Below, piece after piece: positions 37,331 to 50,514 of a DNA stretch of 64,000 nt. Location of the stretch: assembly GCF_030684315.1 (NCBI RefSeq), contig NC_081383.1, positions 11,040,761 through 11,104,760 of the forward strand. The letters run 5' to 3'. Source of the DNA: Stegostoma tigrinum. Lineage: Eukaryota. The notes below the pieces were generated by a model that saw only the letters and a list, made by a program, of their open reading frames with translations, had not been told where the DNA came from and searched no databases. Each line of letters starts with the position of its first letter. The first letter of the stretch is position 1. The position numbers were made by a program, and so were the translations under genes.

Positions 37331-37544
37331 CTTTTGTGCTCCTAAGATGCTGCTTGTCCTGCTGTGTTCATCCAGTTCTACACTTTGTTATCTTGGATTC
37401 TCCAGCATTCGCAGTTCCGATTAACTCTGACTCCTCTCCACAGATGCTGCCAGACCTGACGACCTTTTCCAGCAACTGCTAGGTTTTTATTTGTTTTATG
37501 ATTTACAGCTTCCGCAGTTCTTTCAAACTCAGCAACATTACAGC

Positions 37545-38050
37545 CAGCCGCCTTGCCAGATACGCGCATGCGCAGTGTCCCAGTAGTCGCCGCCCGGACT
37601 AAATCCCGCGATATTTGCTGCAGCGGAAACGAGATCTGTCTTTTCCAGGGAGACCGGGTGAACATGGTGGGTTGTTGTAGATGGTCGGGCTGAGAGGCTT
37701 TACTACAATCCCTTTCCATCCGCCCCCTGATTAATAGCGGAACCTCCGTATCGACAATGATATTGTACAACGGAGTCCGTGACCATAGTGTAGACTCATT
37801 ATCTTTTTGAAAAACAATTTGTATCAATCGAACGGGATGCGGGTGTCTGCGGGCCTCGGGCTGCTTCATAACGTTTGAATTATTAACCCTGGAGTAGGCT
37901 TATTTTTAGTTAAAGTTGGTGCCTCTTTAGTGTGGGTGATGGCGCGGGCTGGGCTGGGGTCTTTAAAGCTCGGTGTCATAGCGTTATTTAAGTTTGTGGA
38001 GTTAAGTCTCCGAGGCTTGGGGTTTCCTCAAGGCAGCATCGAACGGCCAA
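37545..38050 (+). promoter_or_regulatory. RPS15: RPS15 CpG-rich promoter with NRF1 palindrome and TOP-like tract
   Basis: GCGCATGCGC at 37564-37573. Pyrimidine tract CTTTTCC at 37640-37646, typical of ribosomal-protein TSSs. Local CpG enrichment. Confidence 0.85.
37664..37666 (+). CDS. RPS15: RPS15 exon 1 coding part (ATG only)
   Basis: AACATG|GTGGGT donor following the TOP tract. Vertebrate RPS15 exon 1 contributes only the Met, and exon 2 starts in phase 0. Confidence 0.88.
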
Positions 38051-38379
38051 CACTGTTCACCCCTGTTCCTGTGGGGATCTTATATGTCATTTAAAGAAAT
38101 ACAACTGAATTATCAACATTAGCAAACTGCTAAAGAGTGTGAAAATTGATTGCACGGCCTTTTGAACAGAACCCCTTTCGAAGCATCAAACATTTTTTAA
38201 GCAAAGAAAATGTGATAGCTGAAAGGTTTCCATTAGGTGTATTTTACAACACATGATTTACTAATTCCGTTTTAAAAATGAGGACTGTCCCTATGTTCCA
38301 ACAATACTTCACATAATATGTCTTAAGCTTATGTATTTGTTGCAGTTTTTTTTATTTTTATGATTTTTTTTAAACATAG

Positions 38380-38469
<90 letters not shown>

Positions 38470-38754
38470 TAAGTTGCATTGTGTTAAGTAATAACTTGTG
38501 TTGTACCAGATGTATACAGTACAGAGGAATGATCTGTGGCTATGTTTTTGACGTTAAGACTACAATTTGATTAGTTGATTTATTTCTGCTTTTTGGCTTG
38601 AAATATGAGGGAAGGTGGACTGCCACAGTATCTGTTGACATACTGCAGCCCGTCTTTGGTTCAATTTGTTGTTGGTGTGTGTGCCTCAGCACAGTGAAAA
38701 GTTGTGTTTTGTGTGCAGTACAGGCGGATCATAACATATAAGGATATAGATCAT

Positions 38755-38865
38755 CGGGTTTTGAGAAGATTTGTAGCTCAGGTTGAGTTTCTGGATGTGA
38801 GTTTGCTCGCTAAGCTGGAAGGTTAGTTTTCAGATGTTTCGTCACCATTCTAGGTAACATCAATA
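38755..38865 (-). mobile_element. Penelope pLTR fragment with degenerate hammerhead
   Basis: Reverse complement ...gatgttacctagaatggtgacGAAACATCtg..., same family as the 12297-12916 arms. Confidence 0.7.
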
Positions 38866-38939
38866 GGTGTTTAACAGGGCAAGACATACAAGCTTATGGC
38901 TGTGCAAGAGGTTCACAAAAGCAAGATCAGCATTATATT

Positions 38940-39400
38940 TGGAATTGTTTGGAATAGGGAAGAAATTGTTCTTAAACGAGTTGGAAGACAGTATTGCCAG
39001 GGTGGGAGAGTTCTTCAATGTTGGCAGCTTTTCCATGGCAATGAGAAGTATAGATTGAGTCTGCGGATTGGAGCTTGTCTTGTATGATTGTCTGGGCTGT
39101 GTATGTAACTTGCTGTAGTTTCTTGCCGTTCCAGGCAGAACAGTTGCTGTACCAAGCTGTTATGCGCTGAAATGGGATGCTTTCTATGGTGCATCTTTAA
39201 AAGTTGGTGAGGATCTGTGTGGACATGCCGAATTTCCTAAGCTGTCTGAGGAAGAACACGTGTTGTGCCATCTTGACCGTTGCATCTATGTGGGAAGTCC
39301 AAGGCAGATTTGGTGGTTATTGTCACTCTTAGGAACTTGATGCTCTCGACCCCTTCCACTTCACCTCCATTGATGTAGAGAGGGATGTGTCCTCCATCCT
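38940..39400 (-). mobile_element. Rex1/Babar-type LINE 3' fragment
   Basis: Reverse frames read FFLRQLRKFGMSTQILTNF*RCTIESI and ITAWYSNCSAWNGKKLQ, typical of Rex-Babar ORF2 C-termini. Confidence 0.75.
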
Positions 39401-40837
39401 CCCTTTGAACTACCATGTGAAACTTTAAACTTTTACCAAAAGAGATTGCAGGTATTTGTGTAAAATATCACTTCTTTTAAACAACAGCATTTTGAAGCAC
39501 TTCATAACCAATGACTTTTGAAGCATCATAATGTTGAAATAATAGTTCATTTGTGTCCAGTATGCTGTCAGCTTTCACAATGTGACAGTAATAAAGGAGA
39601 AGAAATGGCATTCTTTTTCTTTAAAAGAACATTTTGGGTGCTTTCACATCCAAAGCAGACTCCTTTTAAATTATCAACTGAAAGATAGCTCCTTCAGCAG
39701 TGCAGCCCACCTTCAGAATGTCAACCGTGGATATTTTGCATTGGACTGGTATTTGAATGCAGAAACGTGAGATTTAGGCCAAAGTGCTGTCACCTGAGCC
39801 ACAAGTGACATAATAAGAGCACTCTTATTAATAAGTATAGATATTTTTTTAATTAGCCTGCTAAGAGACATCTGTTGAATGGGACTTGAACTCAAATCTT
39901 TTTGCCTGGAGGTAGGGATACTACCATTGTGCCATAAGGGCCCTTATTAATGCAAGTGTATGTAGAGAGGTAAGTGCAGTTACCAGTCAACAAGTAGAAC
40001 TGTTGGCTATCAGATTTGGTAATCACAGGGTCTGAGGTTCCATAGTAGATGGAGCAGGGAATATTAGCGCCAGTTGAAAAGTAAAATAAGCTGGTATTCA
40101 TTGTTGTGAATGGAATTTTGTGCACTTTTATGAGGTTATATTGATCAGGAATAATCTTGGATGTATGCTAAGTATAGCATGCTTGTATCTTCCCCAGTCA
40201 TTGCTGTGCCACAGTGAGTTCACAGTTTTGAAGTTTCAGCAGTGTTTTATCACTCACCCCCAAAACATTGCCTTAATGGTTGATCAGGGATCCCCATTGG
40301 TCACAATTTCTTATGTTGGACCTGCCTGGATACATCCAGGGTGTGACATGACAGACTGAAAACCCACCACCTTGATCAAGGCCAGAAAGAGAATATGGTC
40401 GAGTTGAAGCTATGCTGGGCCTTGTTTTTATATGTACGTTTTTACTTTTCACCAGAGAATGGAAACCTTGGATATGTGTGGAGTTACACCCTTTTTCTCT
40501 GACTTGAGCACCACCTGCCACCTTTGTTCTTCTCATTGACTGCAAGAATGATGGAAAGACCTTGATTGAAGGGCAGTAATTTGCACACAAGATCCTGCAA
40601 ATAGTAAACATTTGAAAGATGTCAAAACAATTAGATCACATCTGAATTTCAAACTGGGACTACAACCAACAAATTTGTTTCCAGTGAGTGCTGCCATCTG
40701 ATCCCATCGCTTGCAGCATGCATTCATTCAAAGATGTAATATGGTCTAGTTTTAAAATGGTTCAGCTTTCAGAAATGCAATCCTATTGCAAACTCCATTA
40801 AATCTAAATTAATCAGCCTGTTGAGAATTTTCAATGA

Positions 40838-41098
<261 letters not shown>

Positions 41099-42469
41099 TG
41101 AATTCGCTGCTGAATTCCGTTTTCATTGGCAGCTTTCTAAAAGATATTTTGACATAGGCAGAATGCAATATTGAAAGCTGTTCACAAGATCATGTGCTGC
41201 TTTAGTTGGCTGCTTCAATTTTCCAATTCAGATAGATCAGCATGCTTTTTGTTTCTTCTGTGGGTATATTTCATTTACTGTTGCTGCTAATAGGTAATGT
41301 GCGAATAAGTAATTTTGGACATTGCCTTTGGGGACAGTGCTGTAATCGTACAATGGAATTCTACAGCAAAGAAACGGGATATTTGGTTCATTTTCCTTAT
41401 GCTGATGAGACAGTTTGACCTGTTTTGCCTTTGCTAGCTATTCAGGGGAGCTTCCTAATTAATCTCATTCTCCTTTTCCATTTTAGAAATTTGAGTATTT
41501 TTTACAATGGTGAATCCTACTGTGCTGCATCCTGCTAGGATAAAGGAGGCTGAGCAGCCTGGATGAAAAAGAGAGGAGTGTGTTTCAGTATTTTTGAGTT
41601 GAGAGAAATGTTGCCAAAGCTTTTCATCTCATATTAGCCAAAATAAATGTGTGAATACCAAATTTCAAACAATTGCAACAGCGTAAAGTACATGAGAAAA
41701 GGGTGCTAAATGGTCGCAGTGTTGCTATTGTGAAACAACGATTGCCCTGTCAAAATCCTGGGTAATTCTGAAGAGGTGCGATGTGTATCTGTATTCTGTT
41801 GCTCTATAAATGATGCGCCGACCCTTGGATGATTACTTGAGATGGCAAACATAAATAGTCTGTTTTGCAAAAGGTCATAGACAGAATCTTAACATTCCCA
41901 CATTACCAAATACTAGCACTAGAAGTTAAAATTTGCCCACGGTTTTTTGTTAGAAAGAGATCTTGTGCTAAGTTTTCTGGAAGGATGTTTCAATTTTCCA
42001 TTGCATTAGTCACTGCAGAACCTTCATCTCCAACAGATGGAATGAACTTTCTACCTCTGAGGCCACCATCCTCAGTTGGCTCAGATATTATGTATCTGGG
42101 ATGGCTTTCCCAAACTGAAAATAATTTCAAATCGTTCAAACTGCTTGCTGCTAAGTTCTGAGCACTACATACACTTCATTCATTTTTGCAACGTGATAGG
42201 TTAACGGTAACTTTGACCCCCTTAAATTCTGCCTGCACAGATTGAAGCAGATCAAATTTTAAGTTACGAAGGAGGCATTGGTGAGTGCTACTGTTGCTGG
42301 ACTGGTAGTTTAGAGACGAGTGCCCTGGGGCTGTTTGCTAAAGTCTCACTTTTGCAAACGGTGACATTTGAATATAAGTAATTAAACTGGAATGAGAACT
42401 AGTCTATAGATAATAAAATATGAGGCTGGATGAACACAGCAGGTCAAGCAGCATCTCAGGAGCACAAAA

Positions 42470-42503
42470 GCTGACGTTTCGGGCCTAGACCCTTCATCAG
42501 AGC
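42470..42503 (-). ncRNA. Minimal hammerhead-ribozyme motif, intact core with 3-bp stem I
   Basis: Reverse complement GCT CTGATGA A GGG-tctagg-CCC GAAAC GTC AGC, within a short element at ~42408-42505. Confidence 0.7.
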
Positions 42504-42639
42504 ATTTCTAATGATTTTGAAATCCCTGTCTGAGGCACTGTTCATTTAGTGAGGGGAAAAGCTACCATCATGTGGTCTCATCGGTAAGTGATTCAGGTCC
42601 ACAGTGTAATGTGTTTTGCCTCTTAATTGCCAGTGTTTG

Positions 42640-45270
42640 AAAGGATTGAAACTGGGTGGACCACTCAGCATTGACCCAAGTCACTGGAAATGACAGCAGC
42701 GCACAGACCTGCCGACCTTGTAAGCCCTCACTAATGTGTAGAGGTTTGTGCCTGCTAATGCTTTTCTCAGGCTTGTACCTAACAATGCCCCAGACTCAGC
42801 CATTGTCATCCCTGGCAGGTCATACCCACCAGAGATGGTGGCAGTGTGGTATACAGCCTGGAAGGGAGTTGTCCTTGGAGTCCTCAACATGACTGTGCAC
42901 CTTATCATATCTCATGCTATCAGGTTAGACCAGGGCAGGGAAATCCACTGCTCTCTCTCAGTGGATGAATCATCGTGCCTACATTTTGAACAACCCACAA
43001 AGAATCCTCGGGGTAGCAAGAAGTTCATTACCAAGAGTGAATCGGGAGGACCACTGCTGTCTAAACTGGGATAGTCTTAAAGGACATAAAATGTAGGAGC
43101 AGAACCAGGCCTTTTTGCCAATCCAGTATACTCCACTGATAATTGAAATCATGGCTAATCTGATGATCTGTATCTTTTCTCCATCACTCTTGACTGCCTC
43201 ATCAAAATTGTGTCTATCTCAGCCTTGAATGTACTTAATACTCCAGCCTCTACAGCCCTCTGTGGTAAAGATTCTGCCAATTTTTTGGAAAGTTCCCATT
43301 TCCCTAATTTTATATTTTATCCCAAAGGAAATGGAGACCAACGTTCCATTTATTTTCCCTATTTTATCTACTAAATTTGTATGAAGCTTAAAAAGCTTGC
43401 ATAGATGAGGACTCACAAATCCCTTATGTCAATATTTGAAAAGGAAGGAGACAGTAAACTGGTACCTGTATGCTAGTTAGCTTAATGTCCGTTATCAGAC
43501 TTTACCAGAATCCAAGGATTCTCGGGAAGATTACTGCCAATGCATCCGCTGTCTGTGTAGCTGCGACTTTTATTAGCCTGGGAAGCATCCCATAGCTGCT
43601 TGACTGGGTTTGCAGCAGGTGGTGAGGGAACCAACAAAGACAAGACTTGTTTTACCCTGTCCTTTCCCATCTACCTGACACACATGTCTGCCCATGATGA
43701 TATTGGTAGATGGATGCCACACAGTTCTTGGGGAGACAGAATCCTCCCTTCAAGTTGAAGGTGCCCATCATAGTTTTGTGTCGCATTGCTACCATGCTGA
43801 TTTATTTGTATTTCAAACAGGCATAGCCCAAAATTGATTGACAGTGGTGTTCTGTGGGCCATCAGTGGAATTGTATTCTGTCACATTCTGTAATCTCATA
43901 GGTCAGCAGTTACTTGGCTGATTTGAAGAGATCAGCCCTGGCTCAGTGAAGAGTATAGGAGGGTATACCAGGAATCACCGTCAGTTTGGGGAAGCTATAG
44001 CATGTTAGGCAGTGGATGCAACTTAATGTAAGACAAAGCTAAGTGATCTCACGACCATGGATCAAATCTAAGCTCTGCAGTCCTGCTGCATATTGAGAGT
44101 TAAGAATGGTGGTAGCAAATAAAATAACTCCCTCTGCGAAGAAGACCTTCCACAAATGAGCGCATATTTAATATTGGGAAAGCCTAGCACCCCTAATTGT
44201 AAAAGACAAGTCTGTTTCCAAGTCTGCCTTCATCCAGAGGTGCTGAGTGGTGGGTGACCTATCTTTGGCTCTTCCTGAGGTCCTCTGCACCACAGATGTC
44301 AGTCTTCAGCCAAATCGACTCACTCCACTTGATACAAAATGACTGACGGCACTACTTAGTGCACAGGTTGTGGGCTTTAACAGCAATCCAGAAATTGTTT
44401 TGAAGATTTGTGTTTCAGGTTTAGCTGCAACTTGTGTGGAGCACTTCTAGGATAATTACAGCAGTGGCATCAACCTCTCAGTTTGGGAAGTTGCTCGGTT
44501 ATGGCGGTCTGTCAGTGTTCATTGTCAGCAGTGTGATGGAAGGTGTAATCAACAGTGCTGTCAAGTGTCCTTCCACCATATCCTACTTGCAGATACTCAG
44601 TTTGTGTTTTACCAGGCCCCAATCGGCGGCTTACAGCTTTGGTCCAAATATAGACAAAAGAGTTGGTCTGTAGCGGGGTAGTGACAGTGACTGTATTTGA
44701 CCAAGAGTGGCAATAAGGAGCCCTAGCAAAATGAGTCAGTGGAAATTGGATAAGCTCTGTATTGTTCGGAGTCATACTTAGCAGCGAGGAAAGATGGTTG
44801 TGGTTTTGAAGGTCAGTCATTTCAGCCATAATGTTTCTGCAGGAATTCCTCCAAGGTAGTTTCTGCTTTAATGCCTTAGCTGCTTCAGCTGTTACCTTCC
44901 TAATATCATGACGTCTGAGGTGGTAATGCGGAATAATCAGCAAACAACGTTCCATACTACTTACGATGATTCATATCAGATTGAAGTAGCCTGTTTCCAA
45001 ATCCAGCAAGAGCTGGATAATATTGAGGCTTGGGCTGATGTGTGACATGAAGGTTACTTGTCACTTAAGAGCCAGGCAGTGAACATCTCCAATAAGAGAG
45101 CATTAAACCACCACCTCTTGACATCCAGTGATATTGCCATAGCTGAATCCCCTACTTTTGATATCCACGGGTTACCATTGACCAGAATCTGAACTAGACC
45201 AGTAGTATTCATACTGTGGGTACAGAAGCAGATCAGTGGTTGGGAAATCTGTGTCAAATAACTTAGCTCC
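42640..45270 (+). mobile_element. Degenerate long LINE of a second CR1-clade-like family (EN and RT remnants), with nested antisense CR1 piece at ~43085-43600
   Basis: RT-like ttcctccaaggtagt..., gataatatt.aggcttgggctga and gggttaccattgaccagaa.ctgaact motifs. The same family occurs at 53110-53965 and 59950-60590. Confidence 0.65.
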
Positions 45271-46435
45271 TGGAGTTGTACCTTGTTTTCAAAAATTGAA
45301 TCAGATTCCTTTTCATCTTTTGCAGTTATTGCAGTGTTGGTAAGTGCCTCTTAACACTAGAGATGTGTGTTACAGTATAAAGCCATTTTTCTCATGACTG
45401 ATTATCAGGGGCTGTTGGTATGTGGATTAGTTAATGCTTCTGGAAAAGCACCGTGTAAATTTCATAATTTGAGGAACAGTATTTGAAAGCAAGTCAACTT
45501 CATTATCACAGCAGCATAAATTTCCATGCAAAACATGGCTATGCTGTAGGCTTAAGAAAAAGGTGGAAGAGGATGAAGCCATGTTGCCTTTATATGTGAA
45601 GGTAGAGAGATGGCTGACCTATTCATCCTACTGTTTGAAATAGGGCTGTGGAACTTCTGTCATATTCACAACAGAAGTTGATAGACCTCTGGAGACTGGT
45701 GGCATCAGATGAAATGGAGACAGTGCAGGAATATAGCATTGAGTTAGATGACCAGCTGTGATCTAATTGCAGGGCAGAGTAGGCTCGATAAGCTGTGTAG
45801 TCTACATTAGTTGTCCTACATTGCTAGTGAAAGTTTCAAAAACTGTGAAGTGTCATGTCAGTAGGTGGATGGTAAAATCTTCTGACCAGGAAAAGTTATT
45901 TCATTCAGACAAGAAACAGTTAGCCAATGGTTGCTTAATTATGACTACAGCTTTTAGCCAATTTGTGGGATTTTTATTTGCCATATAGATAGTGTGCCCT
46001 CCAATTACCTATCTTCAGCTTAGATGGCATGACTTCTGAATGAGAAGTCACTGCTGGGATCAGCGTTGGTGCACTGAACAGCGTGCATGGACCAGATCTG
46101 TAACCTCATGTTGCATGTGGGGGACTGATCTACTTTACTGGCTTTTACATTTCTGTTGCCTCCATGTTTCTTCCCCTGTATCCAGCTCAAGGTGCCAACA
46201 TTTTATAAAGTCAGTATAATTGTACTTGTTTTAAAGATTGAAAGGTGCATGAGCTCTTTTTTCAATTAAGTGGGGGCCATTGTAAGCAATAATTTAACCT
46301 TGTTTTATTCAACATTTACAAGGTGAACGAGTATATGCACATCGCAACTATATTTAGTACTTCAGTATCAAAACAGTTTCCTGGCTAGTCCAGGTGTGTC
46401 TTGAACTCCTGTTAAAACTATAGAGGTTAAATTAA

Positions 46436-46600
<165 letters not shown>

Positions 46601-46623
46601 ACAGTTTGCAATGGAAATGTGTA

Positions 46624-46629
46624 AATAAA
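46624..46629 (+). terminator. RPS15: RPS15 poly(A) signal AATAAA
   Basis: AATAAA 24 nt after the stop, giving the short 3' UTR typical of RP genes. Confidence 0.85.
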
Positions 46630-47129
46630 ACTTGTTTCACTGAATTTAACTTCATGGTTATTCTTGAGCAGATTGACAACTTTCCCACTTCTTGCACTGT
46701 AGGCTGGAACGTAAATATTTTCTCTACATGTATTTATCAGGCATTTCTGTTTTTTGTTTGCATAGTTCTTTTTGCAGTATGTTTAAATGAAAGATTCATT
46801 TTTGCTTTGATCCTTTATTTGCGAATTCAAGCGCAACTTGCAACATTTAAATTGCTCCGCAACATCTTTGAGGACTTTTGTATAAATGGAACATGGCTGA
46901 TGACTTATGAGCCTTTTCTTCCACAGCAGATAGATCGGGAATTGGAGCAGTAGACCAATTCTGTCTAGCTTTATGTACCAGATCCATAGAGGCTAGATTT
47001 GATGACTTGGTGAAACTGAGTGGATGTCTGATAATTTGCATTAGAATTGCTTGTGAGGTGGTCTGCGGGGTTGTGGATCTGTTTCAAGTGGTGTCATTTG
47101 AGAATAATTGTAAAGAAATTCTATAGTAG

Positions 47130-48560
47130 AGGTTGGCACAGGGGAAGGCTTAGTGCTAACCATATTGAGCCAGGAGCTGGAGTAGCAGATGGTCTCGAGT
47201 GATGCTGAGATTGTTGTGGACAGTGCGTTTGTTGAGATGTACATGTTTAAATACTTCTGTGAGAATTACTTTCTTGGGATAGCAATGGAGGTCAAGCCCA
47301 TAGCATTATGTGTAGCTCTACTGCACAAAGGAGGAAGTGGAATGGCAGGGCTACAGTGAAGTGGACAGGCAGATGTTTCTGTAGCCACAGAAAATATTCC
47401 AGAAGAATGTTGAGGGAAGGGGAATTGTTAGTGCTTTAGGGGAGGCTTTAAACTAGAATGGCAGGCAGTTGCTAACTTGAGCAGGGAGACAGGATAGAAA
47501 CTGAAGACAAATATAATAAACAAATTTGGAAAGATGAGAAAACAGATCTGAAAAACAAATGGCCGTAGTGCAAAATAAAGCTACAATGACAAACAAGGTT
47601 AAAAAGACAGGTCTAAAGAGTTCATGTTGTAATGTGTGAAGCATTTTCAATAAAGCAGATGAATTAGCAGTGCAGATAGATATAGTTATATAGGTGCAGT
47701 TACAGAGGCAATGCTGCAGGATTACTAAGGATGGGAACCGAGCATCCAGACATATTCATTATTTAGGAAGGGCTGATGAAGGAAAGGAGGTCGGGTAGCA
47801 TTATTGGCAAAGTTGTTTCAATGTAGTGAAACAGGCTATTGGTTTAGATATGCATGATGTGGAATCTGTATAGGGAGAGATGAGAAACACCCAGGGGCAA
47901 AAAATGCCCATATGCAGTGTTTGCAATGTCAGAGAAGGCATTAAATGAGAAATCAGATTCATTTAGCACACAGTTAAAGTCACTTTTGTCTTACCATACT
48001 ATAGGCTGGTCTCTCATCAGAGAGATTCCTGGTAGATTTTTAACCTGAAGATCACGACATCTCAAGTGAGGGTGGCCTGATGGCTACCTCTTGGTAACCT
48101 TGGCCAGTGTGGGAAGATTGAACTCTCACCATTCTGTTGTAAAACATGTGATAACAGAATGTTTGGAAAGCAGTAATGAGATTCGACAGCCAGCATGGGC
48201 TTATGAAAGGCAAGTCATGCTTAACAAATCTACTGGGATTTTTTTGAGGAAATAGAATTATAGAATCCCTACATTGCAGATAGATGGTATTTGGGCCATT
48301 CGGTCTGTGCCAACCCTTTGAGGAGCATTCCACCCAGAACCCCTTAAGAGTATGGCATGCAGTTTTTTCTCTGTATTGGAGAGACGATTTCTTTGCTGTA
48401 GAGGAAGCACTGCTGCGGTTCACTAGGCTGATATCAGGGTTTGCCGGACTGTTCTAATGAGGAGTGATTGGTTTGACTAGGCTGTATTCACCAGAGTTTA
48501 GAAGGTTGAAAGGGAATCTGATGAAAACGTGCAAAATTCCAACAGCTGAGATAAGGAAAT
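47130..48560 (+). mobile_element. Fragmented CR1-like LINE (5'/endonuclease and RT pieces)
   Basis: NKADELAVQID-like endonuclease start, and cagcatgg.cttatgaaaggcaagtcatgcttaacaaatcta (QHGF.KGKSCLTNL). Confidence 0.65.
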
Positions 48561-48594
48561 ATTTCTTCACTTGTTATTAAAACTGTGGAAAAGG

Positions 48595-48955
48595 TGGCAC
48601 TGGCATGGTGACTCAGTGGTTAGGGCTGCTGCCTCTGTCAGGGACCCGGGTTCAATTCCAACTCACTGTATAGACTGTCTGTATGGAGTTTGCACATTCT
48701 TCCTTTGTCTGCGTGGGTTTTCTTCAGGTGTTTTGTTTTCCCCTCTCAATCCAAAGATGTGCAAGCTGTGGATTGGCCATGCTGAATTGCCAAAAGTGAC
48801 CAGGGATGTGTAAATTAGGTGCATCTGCGATGGGAAATGTGTGCTAACAGGGATAGGGAAGGGGGACTGCTCTGGGTGGGATTCTCTTGAGAGGGTCAGT
48901 GTGGACCTCTTGGGCTGAATGGCCTGTTTCCACTCCAAGGATTCTCTGATTCTGT
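48595..48955 (+). mobile_element. HE1-type tRNA-derived SINE, near full length
   Basis: A box TGACTCAGTGG, B box GGTTCAATTCC, V-domain-like tggagtttgcacattct...ctgcgtgggttt, and HER1/CR1-type tail gggctgaatggcctgtttccact. Confidence 0.85.
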
Positions 48956-50426
48956 GAATGGAGAGAAAGTGACTAAAAATGCAGCATTGAGTTAGAGGAG
49001 CAGTCGTACTTACACTGGTGGTACAGGGTCAAAGATTGGATAGTCTACTCCAGCTCCTAGTTTCTATACTTCTAAGTGTGGCAGCAGTAGGTTAAGCATA
49101 TACCCGAATGATAGGTCACCCTCACAGTGAATGCTATATGTGAATTCCTTGTTCTAATGTTAAGGCTGAGGATACATGGAATTGTTACAGTGTGGGAGAG
49201 GCCATTCAGCCCGTCATACCTCCGCCAACACTGTCCAATGAATATCTCACTTAATGCCATTCTTTTGTCTTCTCCATTGCCTTGCACATTGTTCTTTTTC
49301 AAATAACTGCCTTGTACCCTTTTGAATACCTCATTTGAACCTGAAAGCTGTAATAATTTGCAAAACAAATCGCAACCAAAATAGGTGTGTACTTTTTTCA
49401 GGATGAAAGCAAATAATATCCTCCCACTTTGAAAAGTTCTTATTTATGAACATCAGTTTGTCCCTCTGCTGCACGTTGCCTTGTAGTCTGTAGTATGTTA
49501 GTCCTTTACAGGTAGAAGCGTGGATACAGGTGATTTTACGTATTGACACATTTAATGCATCAAGCAAATAAAGTAAATTTGTTATAGAAAAAAAGTTGCA
49601 AGATTCCAGTTGCAATATTTTTGCGCACTTACTAAACAATGGGAATACAGTGAAAATTCACTAAGTGTTGAAGCTCATGGGAATAGGTAATGAGGGGGAC
49701 ATAACAAGTTCCAAAGTATTAAATATTTTAAAAAGGTAAAGGGAGACCTTGTTGCAAAAACTGTCAGGTTACTCTTCTTTATGTTCCTGCTATTGTTGAC
49801 CGACATGAGCCCCCAGTGAAGGAGTACCTTATACATCATTTTCAAGTGCAATTACTACATTGCTCTTCCCCAGCTCTCTTGCTACCTTCTCCCTAATTAT
49901 CAGATATCTGAACTTCACATCCTGATCTTAATTGTTTCCCATTGGTAACTCTGCCTTCAGCTGCTTCTGTCCAAAAACTGTCAGTTCCACACTCTCTCCC
50001 CCCTCCAAACTCTACCTTTTTTTCCTTTCCCCTCTGCTCTATGATGGTTCCTGAAGCCTGTCTCTGACCAAGGTTTTAGTAATGTTTCTTAAATAGATGG
50101 GCAAAGTTTAAAGGAAGTTGGACAGATGTTTGAAGGGAGCGGTGTCAAATATGGTGAAAAGGCTGGGAAATCAGTAATCATGTCTATGAAGAGAAGACCA
50201 TTCTATTCTTTTACGCTTTCTTCAGCTTTTATTGTTAGTTTAGTACATAACCAGATTGCCTGATCATTCCAACAGTTTTTCATCACCACTAGTTATTGCA
50301 ACAGAATCCAATTATTACACAATTCTCCACCACTATACCCAATCTTCATCCTTCATGTAACACACTTGAACATAAACCCAATTAACTGCTAACCAAACAT
50401 CATAACCCTGATTTATGACCGGAAAA

Positions 50427-50432
50427 TTTATT
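50427..50432 (-). terminator. Candidate poly(A) signal of the connexin gene
   Basis: TTTATT on + (AATAAA on -), about 80 nt after the stop. Confidence 0.55.
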
Positions 50433-50514
50433 TGCTATCAGACCAATTAATGAACAGGAGACAAGCTTACTCAATACACACAATCTGTGTATACCATGCA
50501 TGTTTAAAAAAAAA

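Noticed and set aside
37378-37869. 163-aa - strand ORF over the RPS15 promoter
   Set aside because: Spans a CpG island and a repeat element, with no recognisable domain.
42470-42503. TGATGA/CTGA motifs in RPS15 introns as C/D-box snoRNAs
   Set aside because: The clearest instance is antisense to RPS15 and is part of the hammerhead core of a dispersed repeat. I saw no convincing sense C-box...D-box unit with a terminal stem.
42656-45257. Several 65-147 aa ORFs in RPS15 intron 3
   Set aside because: They are fragments or antisense frames of a decayed LINE, not host genes.
48595-48665. tRNA-like A/B boxes (also 35570, 57150 and 62469) as tRNA genes
   Set aside because: They are SINE heads continuing into SINE bodies and LINE-type tails, with no intact cloverleaf.
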